Under the pieces are notes generated by a model. It worked only from the letters and a program-made list of their open reading frames with translations, was not told the origin of the DNA and made no database searches. Both the position numbers and the translations under genes were made by a program. Below, piece after piece: positions 24,799-31,772 of a stretch of 42,219 bases of DNA (positions are counted from its first letter, which is position 1; each line of letters starts with the position of its first letter). The stretch lies in assembly GCA_903930195.1 (NCBI GenBank), contig CAIYXH010000289.1:1-42219 (forward strand), in the 5' to 3' direction. The stretch is from an uncultured Actinomycetes bacterium. Its GTDB lineage: Bacteria; Actinomycetota; Thermoleophilia; Gaiellales; Gaiellaceae.

Positions 24799-26105
24799 TC
24801 GCGCGGCTCCTCCTCGCGAACCTGCTCGAGCTGGGCGTGGGCGCGGGCGTGGTCCTCGCCTTCGAGCTGCCGCCCGCGACCGCGTATCTCGTCGGCCTCG
24901 CGGTCGTGGGGATCCTCTCGGCCCATCTCGCGCTCGTCCACGTCTCCTTCGGCTGGACGGCGCTCGCCGTCACCGCGGCGCTCTCGCTCGGGTTCGGCGG
25001 CTGGCGCCGGGGCCGCCTCACGCTCCCGCGCGTCGCCCGGCCGGGGCCGATCGCCGCCGTCGGGACGCTCGCGCTCGTGGCGCTCCTCGTACGGGCCTGG
25101 CCGACATTTGCGGCAAAGCCGCTCGACGACTACGACGGGTGGGCGATGTGGGGGATGAAGGCGAAGGCGCTCACCGAGCTCGGCTGGGCCGATCCGGCCC
25201 TGTTCGCGTCGAAGGGTGCCGTCGAGCTCCATCTCGACTACCCCCTGCTCGTGCCCTCGCTCGACGCCGTCGCCTCTCGGGCGATGGGCGGCTTCGACCC
25301 GCGGTTGATCCACCTGCAGTTCCTGCTCGTCGCGGTGGCGGGGATCGCGGCGCTCGCCGGCCTGCTGTGCGCCCGCGTGCCGGCGTGGCTTCTCTGGCCG
25401 TGGCTGCTCGCGCTCGCCGCGGCCCCGGGCTTCCTCACCCAGCTCCTCACGGCCTATGCCGACGTCCCGCTCGCGCTCTTCATCGCGGCGGCGGTCGTGG
25501 CCGGAGCGCTCTGGGTCGAGCACGACCGGCCGGAGCTCCTCGGGCTTGCGGCGCTCTTCCTGGCCGCGGGATCGCTGACGAAGAACGAGGGCTCGATCTT
25601 CGCGGTGGCCGCGCTCGCCGGGCTGCTGCTCGCGACGCGCCGGCTGCGTCCCGTCGTGCTCGCCGCGTGCGGCTTCGAGGCGCTGCTCCTGCCCTGGCAG
25701 GTCTGGCTGCGCATCCACCACGTCCACTCCGACACGCTCCTCGGCCTGCAGCTCTTCCGGGTGCACCACCCCGGGATCGCGCCGCTCGCGCTGCGCGGCC
25801 TACTCGACTTCGCGGTCTCGTGGCAGAGCTGGCCGCTCCTCCTGCCGCTCTTCGTCGTGGCCGTCGTCACCGCCACGGGATCGCGCGTCGCCGTCTACGC
25901 GTGGACGTTCGCCGGGCTCTCGCTCGCGGGTCTCACCTGGATCTACGTCGTCTCGACCCAGGAGTGGTCGAACTACCTCTCCTTCTCCGGCGGGCGCGTC
26001 GTCGACTCGCTGATCCTCGGGGTTACAGCACTCACGCCCCTGCTTGCCGCGGAAGGCGTTAGAGCTGGAACCGAAAGGAAGAAGGGATTGCCCGGCCGCG
26101 CATGA
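24795..26105 (+). CDS. Polytopic membrane protein, GT-C-like or polymerase-like
   Basis: In-frame ATG 24795 within ORF 24648..26105 (MIARLLLANLLELGVGAGVVLAF). About ten or more hydrophobic helices. Acidic loop KPLDDYDGWAMWGMKAKAL after the first helices, as in GT-C enzymes. Family assignment is tentative. Confidence 0.6.
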   Translation: MIARLLLANLLELGVGAGVVLAFELPPATAYLVGLAVVGILSAHLALVHVSFGWTALAVTAALSLGFGGWRRGRLTLPRVARPGPIAAVGTLALVALLVRAWPTFAAKPLDDYDGWAMWGMKAKALTELGWADPALFASKGAVELHLDYPLLVPSLDAVASRAMGGFDPRLIHLQFLLVAVAGIAALAGLLCARVPAWLLWPWLLALAAAPGFLTQLLTAYADVPLALFIAAAVVAGALWVEHDRPELLGLAALFLAAGSLTKNEGSIFAVAALAGLLLATRRLRPVVLAACGFEALLLPWQVWLRIHHVHSDTLLGLQLFRVHHPGIAPLALRGLLDFAVSWQSWPLLLPLFVVAVVTATGSRVAVYAWTFAGLSLAGLTWIYVVSTQEWSNYLSFSGGRVVDSLILGVTALTPLLAAEGVRAGTERKKGLPGRA

Positions 26106-26226
26106 CGGCACGATGCTGCGTTTTCAGTCGCCCCACGAGAGAAACGCGTGCGGCCCCCTGCGTCCTTGCCTCGCACTCGTCCTGCGCACCCGGGACGACG
26201 CGTGTCCTTCCCGTCCCAGCTCCCAG

Positions 26227-26232
26227 TAGGAT
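26227..26232 (+). promoter_or_regulatory. Candidate -10 hexamer TAGGAT (extended context AGTAGGAT)
   Basis: 9 nt upstream of GTG 26242, at the end of a 136-nt intergenic gap. The same AGTAGGAT octamer and 9-nt spacing occur upstream of uxs. Confidence 0.4.
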
Positions 26233-26241
26233 CGCGCGGGC

Positions 26242-26913
26242 GTGAGAGTCACATTCCTGATCCCGGCCTACAACGAGGAGGCCACCATCGGCGAGGTGCT
26301 CGAGCGCATCGCGGGCCTCGGGCTCGAGTCGCACGTGCTGGTCGTCGACGACGGCTCGTCCGACCGGACCGCCGACATCGCGGAGGCCGCCGGGGCGACC
26401 GTCATCCGCAAGCCGAACGGCGGCAAGGGCTCGGCGATTCGCGCAGGGATCCCGCACATCGAGGGCGAGATCGTCGTGATCCAGGACGCCGACATGGAGT
26501 ACGACCCGGCTGAGGTTCCGGAGCTGATCGACCCGATCGAGCGCGGCATGGCCGACGTCGTCTTCGGCTCGCGCCTGCGCGGCGGCAAGCCGCAGCGCGC
26601 GTTTCTCTTCTGGCATCTCGTCGGCAACCGCTTTCTCTCCTTGCTCACCTGCGTCCTCTTCAACACCACGCTCTCCGACATGGAGACGGGGTACAAGGCC
26701 TTCCGCAGCGACGTGCTGCGCTCTCTCGAGCTGCGCGAGAACCAGTTCGGGATCGAGCCCGAGATCACGGGGAAGGTCTGCAAGCGGCGTCTGCGGATCT
26801 ACGAGATGCCGATCTCGTACTACGGCCGGACGCACGACGAGGGCAAGAAGATCACCTGGCGCGACGGGTTCCGGGCGATCTGGGTGCTCTTCCGGGTCCG
26901 GCTCTTCGGATGA
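26242..26913 (+). CDS. Soluble GT2 glycosyltransferase (DPM1-like polyprenyl-phosphate sugar synthase type)
   Basis: ORF 26242..26913 (GTG): VTFLIPAYNEE, VLVVDDGSSDRT, NGGKGSA, VIQDADMEYDP, GSRL, DMETGYKAF. Confidence 0.85.
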   Translation: MRVTFLIPAYNEEATIGEVLERIAGLGLESHVLVVDDGSSDRTADIAEAAGATVIRKPNGGKGSAIRAGIPHIEGEIVVIQDADMEYDPAEVPELIDPIERGMADVVFGSRLRGGKPQRAFLFWHLVGNRFLSLLTCVLFNTTLSDMETGYKAFRSDVLRSLELRENQFGIEPEITGKVCKRRLRIYEMPISYYGRTHDEGKKITWRDGFRAIWVLFRVRLFG

Positions 26914-27851
26914 TCGCCGGGCGGTCGGTGGCGGTCGTCGTTCCCGCCTACGACGAGGAGGCACTCGTCGGGACGACGCTCGCCGGCATCCCCGCGTCGG
27001 TCGACCGGATCATCGTCGTCGACGACGCCTCCCGCGACGCGACCGCCGAGCGGGCGCTCGCGACGGGGGACTCGCGCGTCGAGGTCGTCACCCACGAACG
27101 CAACCGCGGCGTCGGTGCGGCGATCGTCACCGGCTACGAGCAGGCCCGTGCCGAGCGGATCGACGTCGCCGTCGTGATGGCGGCCGACAACCAGATGGAT
27201 CCCGAGGAGCTCGAGGCGATCGCGGGTCCCGTCGCGCGCGGCGAGGTCGACTACGCGAAGGCAAACCGGCTCGTGTCCGGGCGCGCCTGGGAGCTGATCC
27301 CGCACAACCGCTACATCGGCAACGCGATCCTCTCGCTGCTCACGAAGATCGCCTCCGGCTACTGGCACGTCGCCGATTCGCAGGCCGGCTACACGGCGAT
27401 CTCGCTCGACCTGCTCGACCGCCTCGACCTGGAGCGCGTCTACACGCGCTACGGCTTCCCGAACGACCTCCTCGTCCACCTGAATATCGAGAACGCCCGC
27501 GTGCGTGACGTGCCGTCGCGGCCGATCTACGGGATCGGCGAGCGCTCCGGGATCAAGCTGCACTCGGTCGTGCCGCGGATCTCCTGGCTGCTTGTCAAGG
27601 GCTTCTGCTGGCGGATGCGCGAGAAGTACGTGATCCGCGACTTCCACCCGCTCGTCTTCTTCTACGTCTTCGGCTTCCTGATGACGCTTGCCGGGCTCGC
27701 GCTCGGCATCCTCGAGACGGTGCTGCGGATCGCTGGCCACGGCATCACGGCGGCGACGATCGTCCTGGTAGCGCTCCTCCTCGTTTCGGGCAGCCAGTTC
27801 ACCTTGTTCGCGATGTGGTTCGACATGGAGACGAACAAGGACCTGCGCTGA
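26910..27851 (+). CDS. GT2 glycosyltransferase with C-terminal membrane helices (GtrB/DPM1-like)
   Basis: ORF 26910..27851, with an ATGA overlap on the preceding GT2. VAVVVPAYDEE, IIVVDDASRDAT, RNRGVGAA, VMAADNQMDP. Two C-terminal helices (LVFFYVFGFLMTLAGLALGIL, ATIVLVALLLVSGSQFTLFAMWF). Confidence 0.85.
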   Translation: MIAGRSVAVVVPAYDEEALVGTTLAGIPASVDRIIVVDDASRDATAERALATGDSRVEVVTHERNRGVGAAIVTGYEQARAERIDVAVVMAADNQMDPEELEAIAGPVARGEVDYAKANRLVSGRAWELIPHNRYIGNAILSLLTKIASGYWHVADSQAGYTAISLDLLDRLDLERVYTRYGFPNDLLVHLNIENARVRDVPSRPIYGIGERSGIKLHSVVPRISWLLVKGFCWRMREKYVIRDFHPLVFFYVFGFLMTLAGLALGILETVLRIAGHGITAATIVLVALLLVSGSQFTLFAMWFDMETNKDLR

Positions 27852-27882
27852 TCCCGGGCCGGCTGGTGCCGCCGGCTGTGAG

Positions 27883-27888
27883 TAGACT
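27883..27888 (+). promoter_or_regulatory. Candidate -10 hexamer TAGACT (context AGTAGACT) for a leadered DUF4242 mRNA
   Basis: 39 nt upstream of ATG 27928, with an AAAGGA SD in between. Confidence 0.35.
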
Positions 27889-27927
27889 CGCGCCCACCGC
27901 GCACCTGCCAACGAAAGGACGACTCCG

Positions 27928-28218
27928 ATGGAGCTCTATGCGATCATCCGTCGCGACGGCTGGGCTACTCCGGGCGACCTGCAAGAGGCTGCTGCCCGTT
28001 CGACGGCCGTCGGCGACGACGAGATGTCCGACGACATCCGTTGGATTCGGAGCTATGTCCTCGGCGAAGAGGGCGGAAGCCTCGGGACCGTGTGCATCTA
28101 CGAGGCATCGAGCCCGGAGAAGATCAGGGAGCACGCACAGCGGGCCGACCTGCCGGTGACGGAGATCATCCCGATCGCCGACACGGTTGTGGTTCGACCG
28201 GATCCCTCCGGCGCGTAG
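27928..28218 (+). CDS. DUF4242-like small protein
   Basis: ORF 27928..28218: MELYAIIRRDG...IRWIRSYVLGEEGGSLGTVCIYEASSPEKIREHAQRADLPVTEIIPI matches my memory of the DUF4242 pattern (W..SYV..D....C.Y.A...EAIREHA...G.P...I). An SD-like AAAGGA lies 8 nt upstream, and a TAGACT hexamer lies at 27883-27888. Confidence 0.65.
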   Translation: MELYAIIRRDGWATPGDLQEAAARSTAVGDDEMSDDIRWIRSYVLGEEGGSLGTVCIYEASSPEKIREHAQRADLPVTEIIPIADTVVVRPDPSGA

Positions 28219-28331
28219 ACCCGTCGGGCGCATGCCTGGACCATCGCACGCCGCACCCTGACCGAACCGGTAGCTGCAACCGTCGCGGACGGTGACAGGG
28301 TTGTCCGACAAGCGGACAGGAGGGGTCGTCG

Positions 28332-29243
28332 ATGAAGGAGCTCAAGCGGAGCCGGGCCGTCCGCGTGCTGGCGGTGGTTGCTGCGGTCGCGACGTGTGCC
28401 ACCGGCACCGCGCAGGCGGCGATCTACTGGGGCAACTACGGCAGCAACGGCTCGGGCACGGCGATCGGGCGCGCGCCTCTCACCGGCGCGAAGCCGAACC
28501 AGTCCTTCATCACGGGGGCTGCCGGCCCGGTCGGGGTCGTCGTGAACGGGACGTACATCTACTGGGCGAACACCGTCGACTCCTCGTGCTCGGGCACCAC
28601 GATCGGCCGCGCGAACCTCGACGGATCCGCGCCGAACCAGCGTTTCCTCACCGGCGCCGTCTGCGCCCACGGCCTCGCGGTCAACGCGACCTTCATCTAC
28701 TGGGCGAACCGCGGGCCGGGCGGCACCGGAACGTCGCTCGGCCGCGCGAACCTGAATGGCACCCACGTCAACGCGAACTTCATCAAGGGCGCGACGGGGC
28801 CATGGGGGATCGCCATCGACAAGCACTACATCTACTGGGCGAACCGCGGCACGGGGACGGGATCGCCGTGCGGCGGCACTATCGGACGCGCGAACCTCGA
28901 CGGCACGCACGTGAACGAGAGCTTCATCACCACGGGTGTCGACGGCCCGACCGGGATCGCCGTGAACGCGGGCCACCTCTACTGGTCGAACGGCTGCGGC
29001 ACCACGATCGGCCGGGCGAACCTGAACGGCACCGGCGCGAACCCCGCGTTCATCAAGGGCATCCCGCAGGCCGCCGGGCTCGCCGTCAACGCGACGTGGC
29101 TCTACTGGGCGGAGTTCGCGAACCCGACCGCGGTCGGCGGCGGCGGCTCGATCGGCCGCGCAAAGCTCGACGGCACCGACGTGAGCAAGCGCTTCATCGT
29201 CGGCGCGAGCAGCCCGACGGGAATCGCGCTCGACGGACGCTAG
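28332..29243 (+). CDS. Secreted free-standing six-blade YWTD-like (LDL-receptor class B-like) beta-propeller protein
   Basis: ORF 28332..29243. SD GGAGGGG upstream. Signal peptide MKELKRSRAVRVLAVVAAVATCATGTAQA. Then six units of the form IYWAN-x(n)-TIGRANLDG-x(5)-F(I/L)-x(5)-P-x-G(I/L)AV(N/D). Confidence 0.8.
   Translation: MKELKRSRAVRVLAVVAAVATCATGTAQAAIYWGNYGSNGSGTAIGRAPLTGAKPNQSFITGAAGPVGVVVNGTYIYWANTVDSSCSGTTIGRANLDGSAPNQRFLTGAVCAHGLAVNATFIYWANRGPGGTGTSLGRANLNGTHVNANFIKGATGPWGIAIDKHYIYWANRGTGTGSPCGGTIGRANLDGTHVNESFITTGVDGPTGIAVNAGHLYWSNGCGTTIGRANLNGTGANPAFIKGIPQAAGLAVNATWLYWAEFANPTAVGGGGSIGRAKLDGTDVSKRFIVGASSPTGIALDGR
28419..29240 (+). repeat. Six tandem coding repeats of 123-147 nt (propeller blades) inside the YWTD-like gene
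   Basis: Blade boundaries by translation: 28419, 28557, 28695, 28830, 28977, 29100. Recurrent DNA strings are atctactgggcgaac (28557, 28695, 28830) and atcggccgcgcgaacctcgacgg-like segments in every unit. Confidence 0.8.
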
Positions 29244-29254
29244 ACCGGGCCAGC

Positions 29255-29260
29255 TACCGT
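29255..29260 (+). promoter_or_regulatory. Candidate -10 hexamer TACCGT
   Basis: 6 nt upstream of GTG 29267 (CDGSH gene), in the 23-nt gap after the YWTD stop. Confidence 0.3.
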
Positions 29261-29266
29261 CACGGC

Positions 29267-29914
29267 GTGAGCCAGGACGTCTTCTCCTATCCCGGCGAGA
29301 AGGTCGACGTGACGTGGGACCGGCGACTCTGCATCCACGTCTCGGAGTGCACCCGCGCCGCGAACGACGTCTTCGAGAGCGGCCGCAAGCCGTGGGGTGA
29401 GCCCGACACGGCGTCGCCGGTCGAGGTGGCGGAGACGGTCGAGCGTTGCCCGTCGGGGGCGCTCGCCTACGTGCGCAAGGACGGTGGTCCGGCCGAGAGC
29501 CCCGACGTGGAGAACACGATCGTCGTCTCCCTCGACGGCCCGCTCCTCGTCCGGGGAGAGCTCGCGCTCGAAGGTGCGGCCGACGATATGCCCGGCACGC
29601 GGACGCGCGCTGCGCTCTGCCGCTGCGGCGCGTCCGGCAACAAGCCGTTCTGCGACAACTCCCACCGCGGCGCGGCGTTCCGCGACGGGGGCGCGGTCGG
29701 CGACGCCGGCGAGGCACTCACCGACGCGGGCGGACGGCTCGGGATCGTCCCGAGCGAGAACGGCCCCTACCTCCTCGAGGGCAAGGTCACGCTCGTCACC
29801 GCGTCGGGCCGGCGCGCGTGGCAGGGCACCGAGACGGCGCTCTGTCGCTGCGGCCACTCCGAGAGCAAGCCGTTCTGCGACGGCAGCCATGCGCGCGTAG
29901 GGTTTGTCGGGTGA
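29267..29914 (+). CDS. CDGSH iron-sulfur domain protein (two CDGSH motifs) with an N-terminal divergent Fe-S cluster-like domain
   Basis: In-frame GTG 29267 within ORF 28292..29914. The N-terminus VDVTWDRRLCIHVSECTR...VERCPSGALAY has a Cys pattern resembling a mono-cluster domain. The CDGSH motifs are CRCGASGNKPFCDNSH and CRCGHSESKPFCDGSH. The upstream part of the listed ORF overlaps the YWTD gene out of frame. Confidence 0.85.
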   Translation: MSQDVFSYPGEKVDVTWDRRLCIHVSECTRAANDVFESGRKPWGEPDTASPVEVAETVERCPSGALAYVRKDGGPAESPDVENTIVVSLDGPLLVRGELALEGAADDMPGTRTRAALCRCGASGNKPFCDNSHRGAAFRDGGAVGDAGEALTDAGGRLGIVPSENGPYLLEGKVTLVTASGRRAWQGTETALCRCGHSESKPFCDGSHARVGFVG

Positions 29915-30258
29915 GTGACGGCATCGACCCGACCGTTCCGCCGAGCGGCACCGGCTGCGTCGAGTGCCTTGCGGGTGACGGCCCCGGCTGGTGGCTCCAT
30001 CTGCGCCGCTGCGCCCAGTGCGGGCACGTCGGCTGCTGCGACTCCTCGCCGAGCGGCCATGCGACCCGGCACTTCGAGGAGACCGGCCACCCCGTGATGC
30101 AGAGCTTCGAGCCCGGCGAGGACTGGTTCTGGTCGTATGCCGAGAACGATTACGCCGACGGCCCGGAGCTCGCGCCGCCGCACTCCCATCCGGCGGATCA
30201 GCCGGTTCCCGGCCCGGCGGGTCACGTGCCGCCGAACTGGCGCTCGCAGCTCCGTTAG
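29911..30258 (+). CDS. UBP-type zinc-finger domain protein
   Basis: In-frame GTG 29911 within ORF 29446..30258, with a GTGA overlap on the CDGSH stop. CVECLAGDGPGWWLHLRRCAQCGHVGCCDSSPSGHATRHFEETGHPV is the zf-UBP Cys/His pattern. Confidence 0.8.
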   Translation: MSDGIDPTVPPSGTGCVECLAGDGPGWWLHLRRCAQCGHVGCCDSSPSGHATRHFEETGHPVMQSFEPGEDWFWSYAENDYADGPELAPPHSHPADQPVPGPAGHVPPNWRSQLR

Positions 30259-31772
30259 CCGCCTGCCGGCGGCGCGAAGACGACGAGGGGCCCGACGTCG
30301 TGCCGCGTGTAGCCGTGTGCCTCGAGCTGCGGTGCGACGCCGTAGGAGGCGAGCGTCCGTTTGAAGAAGACGAAGCCGTGGCGCGGGTCGGCCATCACGG
30401 TGCGCTCGTAGGGCCGGTAGCGCGCGTCGGGGTCGTGCGGCAGCACCGCGAGACCATGCGGGAACGTCGCCTGGTCGAAGTGCGCCTCGACCGCGACGAT
30501 CTGCTCGTTCGAGGCGAAGTCGAGGCGGTACGCGATCCAGTAGTCGGCGTAGACGCGGTCGATGCCCAGGTTGTCGAGCGTCTGGATGAGAGGGCTGAAG
30601 TCGCGCGGCGCGTACGGCACCGGCTGCGCCAGCGTGAACCAGCGATTCATCCGCGGCACGCTGATGCAGGTGACGAGCGCGAGGAGCGTCACGAGCGCGA
30701 TTGCCCGCCAGCGGCGTGAGGCGACCTGGGCGAGGAGCAGCGCGAGGACGGGCGTGACGATGACCGTGTACTGCGGCCAGCCCGAGATGAACGAGGTGCG
30801 CCGGTCGACGGCGTAGACGAACGGGAAGAGTGCGCCGACGACGTAGAGGATCGAGACGGTGCGGTGCCGGGTGCGCACGGCACCGGCGAGGAACGCCACG
30901 ATGAGGAGCGCGTAGAGGGCGTAGGTCGGAGCCGTCGAGCCGAGGAGGGGTTCCTGGCCGAACGGGGCGCGGAGCCCGAGCGTCATCGGGAGGATCGGCG
31001 AGACGAAGAGCCTCAGGCTCTGCCGGTAGGTCTCGGCGCTCGAGTGCACCGAGAGCGACGCCCAGCCGTGGAAGGCGTTCCAGAGCAGCCACGGCGACGC
31101 GCCGACGACCGCGAGCACCGCCGCGAGCCACGCCTCGCGGAGCCACGCCGCGCGCTTCCAGGTGAGCCAGACGACGGCGGGAAAGACGATCGGCACGATC
31201 TGCGCCGTCTGCCAGAAGCCGAAGCCGACGACGAAGCCGAACAGGCCGATCCGCAGCCGGTCCGGGCGCTCTGCGATCCGCAGTGCGAGCAGGAGGACGA
31301 GCCCGCAGTAGACGACGTCGGAGGCGTAGAAGCTCTGCTGCTGGGTGAGCTGCACCAGGTCGTACGGCGACCAGACCCAGAGGATCGCGGCGGCGGCCGT
31401 CGCACCCGGCTCGCCGAGCGTCCGCTTGCCGACCCGCCAGACGACGAGCGAGGCGACGGCGACGAGCGCGATCGCGACGAGCCGCAGCGCGAGGTAGCTG
31501 TTGCCGAACACCGCGAACAACGGCACCGAGAGCAGCACCTCCTGCGGCCCGCCGTACGACGAGCCCCAGAAGAAGACCGAGATGTCGCCGTGGAGCGCGT
31601 GGGAGGTCATCAGGCCGACGACGGCCTCGTCCGAGTTCGGCCGCCCGAGCAGCAGGCGATAGTCCCAGACGCGCAGGGCGACCCCGGCGACTGCTGCCAG
31701 GATCAGTGTCGCGCTCCACGGCGTCAGCTCGAACCGGCCGAGAGTGAGGCGCCGTGCCGGGACGGCGGTCAT
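30255..31772 (-). CDS. GT-C fold membrane glycosyltransferase (ArnT/PMT-like)
   Basis: In-frame ATG 31770-31772 within ORF 30255..31847(-), with an ATGA overlap on the upstream stop. First-loop motif RPNSDEAVVGLMTSHAL (DE-type GT-C motif), many helices, and a soluble C-terminal domain of about 130 aa. Confidence 0.75.
   Translation of the reverse strand: MTAVPARRLTLGRFELTPWSATLILAAVAGVALRVWDYRLLLGRPNSDEAVVGLMTSHALHGDISVFFWGSSYGGPQEVLLSVPLFAVFGNSYLALRLVAIALVAVASLVVWRVGKRTLGEPGATAAAAILWVWSPYDLVQLTQQQSFYASDVVYCGLVLLLALRIAERPDRLRIGLFGFVVGFGFWQTAQIVPIVFPAVVWLTWKRAAWLREAWLAAVLAVVGASPWLLWNAFHGWASLSVHSSAETYRQSLRLFVSPILPMTLGLRAPFGQEPLLGSTAPTYALYALLIVAFLAGAVRTRHRTVSILYVVGALFPFVYAVDRRTSFISGWPQYTVIVTPVLALLLAQVASRRWRAIALVTLLALVTCISVPRMNRWFTLAQPVPYAPRDFSPLIQTLDNLGIDRVYADYWIAYRLDFASNEQIVAVEAHFDQATFPHGLAVLPHDPDARYRPYERTVMADPRHGFVFFKRTLASYGVAPQLEAHGYTRHDVGPLVVFAPPAGG

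Noticed and set aside
26067-26078. GGAACCGAAAGG string resembling the left half of the 36015-36032 inverted repeat region.
   Set aside because: It lies inside the 3' end of a coding sequence and lacks the complementary arm. Similarity of 10-12 nt could be chance.
26106-26241. The 136-nt intergenic region and small ORF 26044-26229 (61 aa), considered as an sRNA, riboswitch or small protein.
   Set aside because: No conserved riboswitch-like structure or terminator was recognisable by eye. The small ORF has poor codon bias and overlaps the end of the upstream gene. The region is most simply the promoter region of the GT2 pair.
28279-28293. GC-rich hairpin accgtc-gcg-gacggt between the DUF4242 gene and the YWTD gene, considered as an intrinsic terminator.
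   Set aside because: It has only a 6-bp stem with a 3-nt loop and no following U-tract. It could equally be part of the YWTD 5' UTR. Too weak to call.
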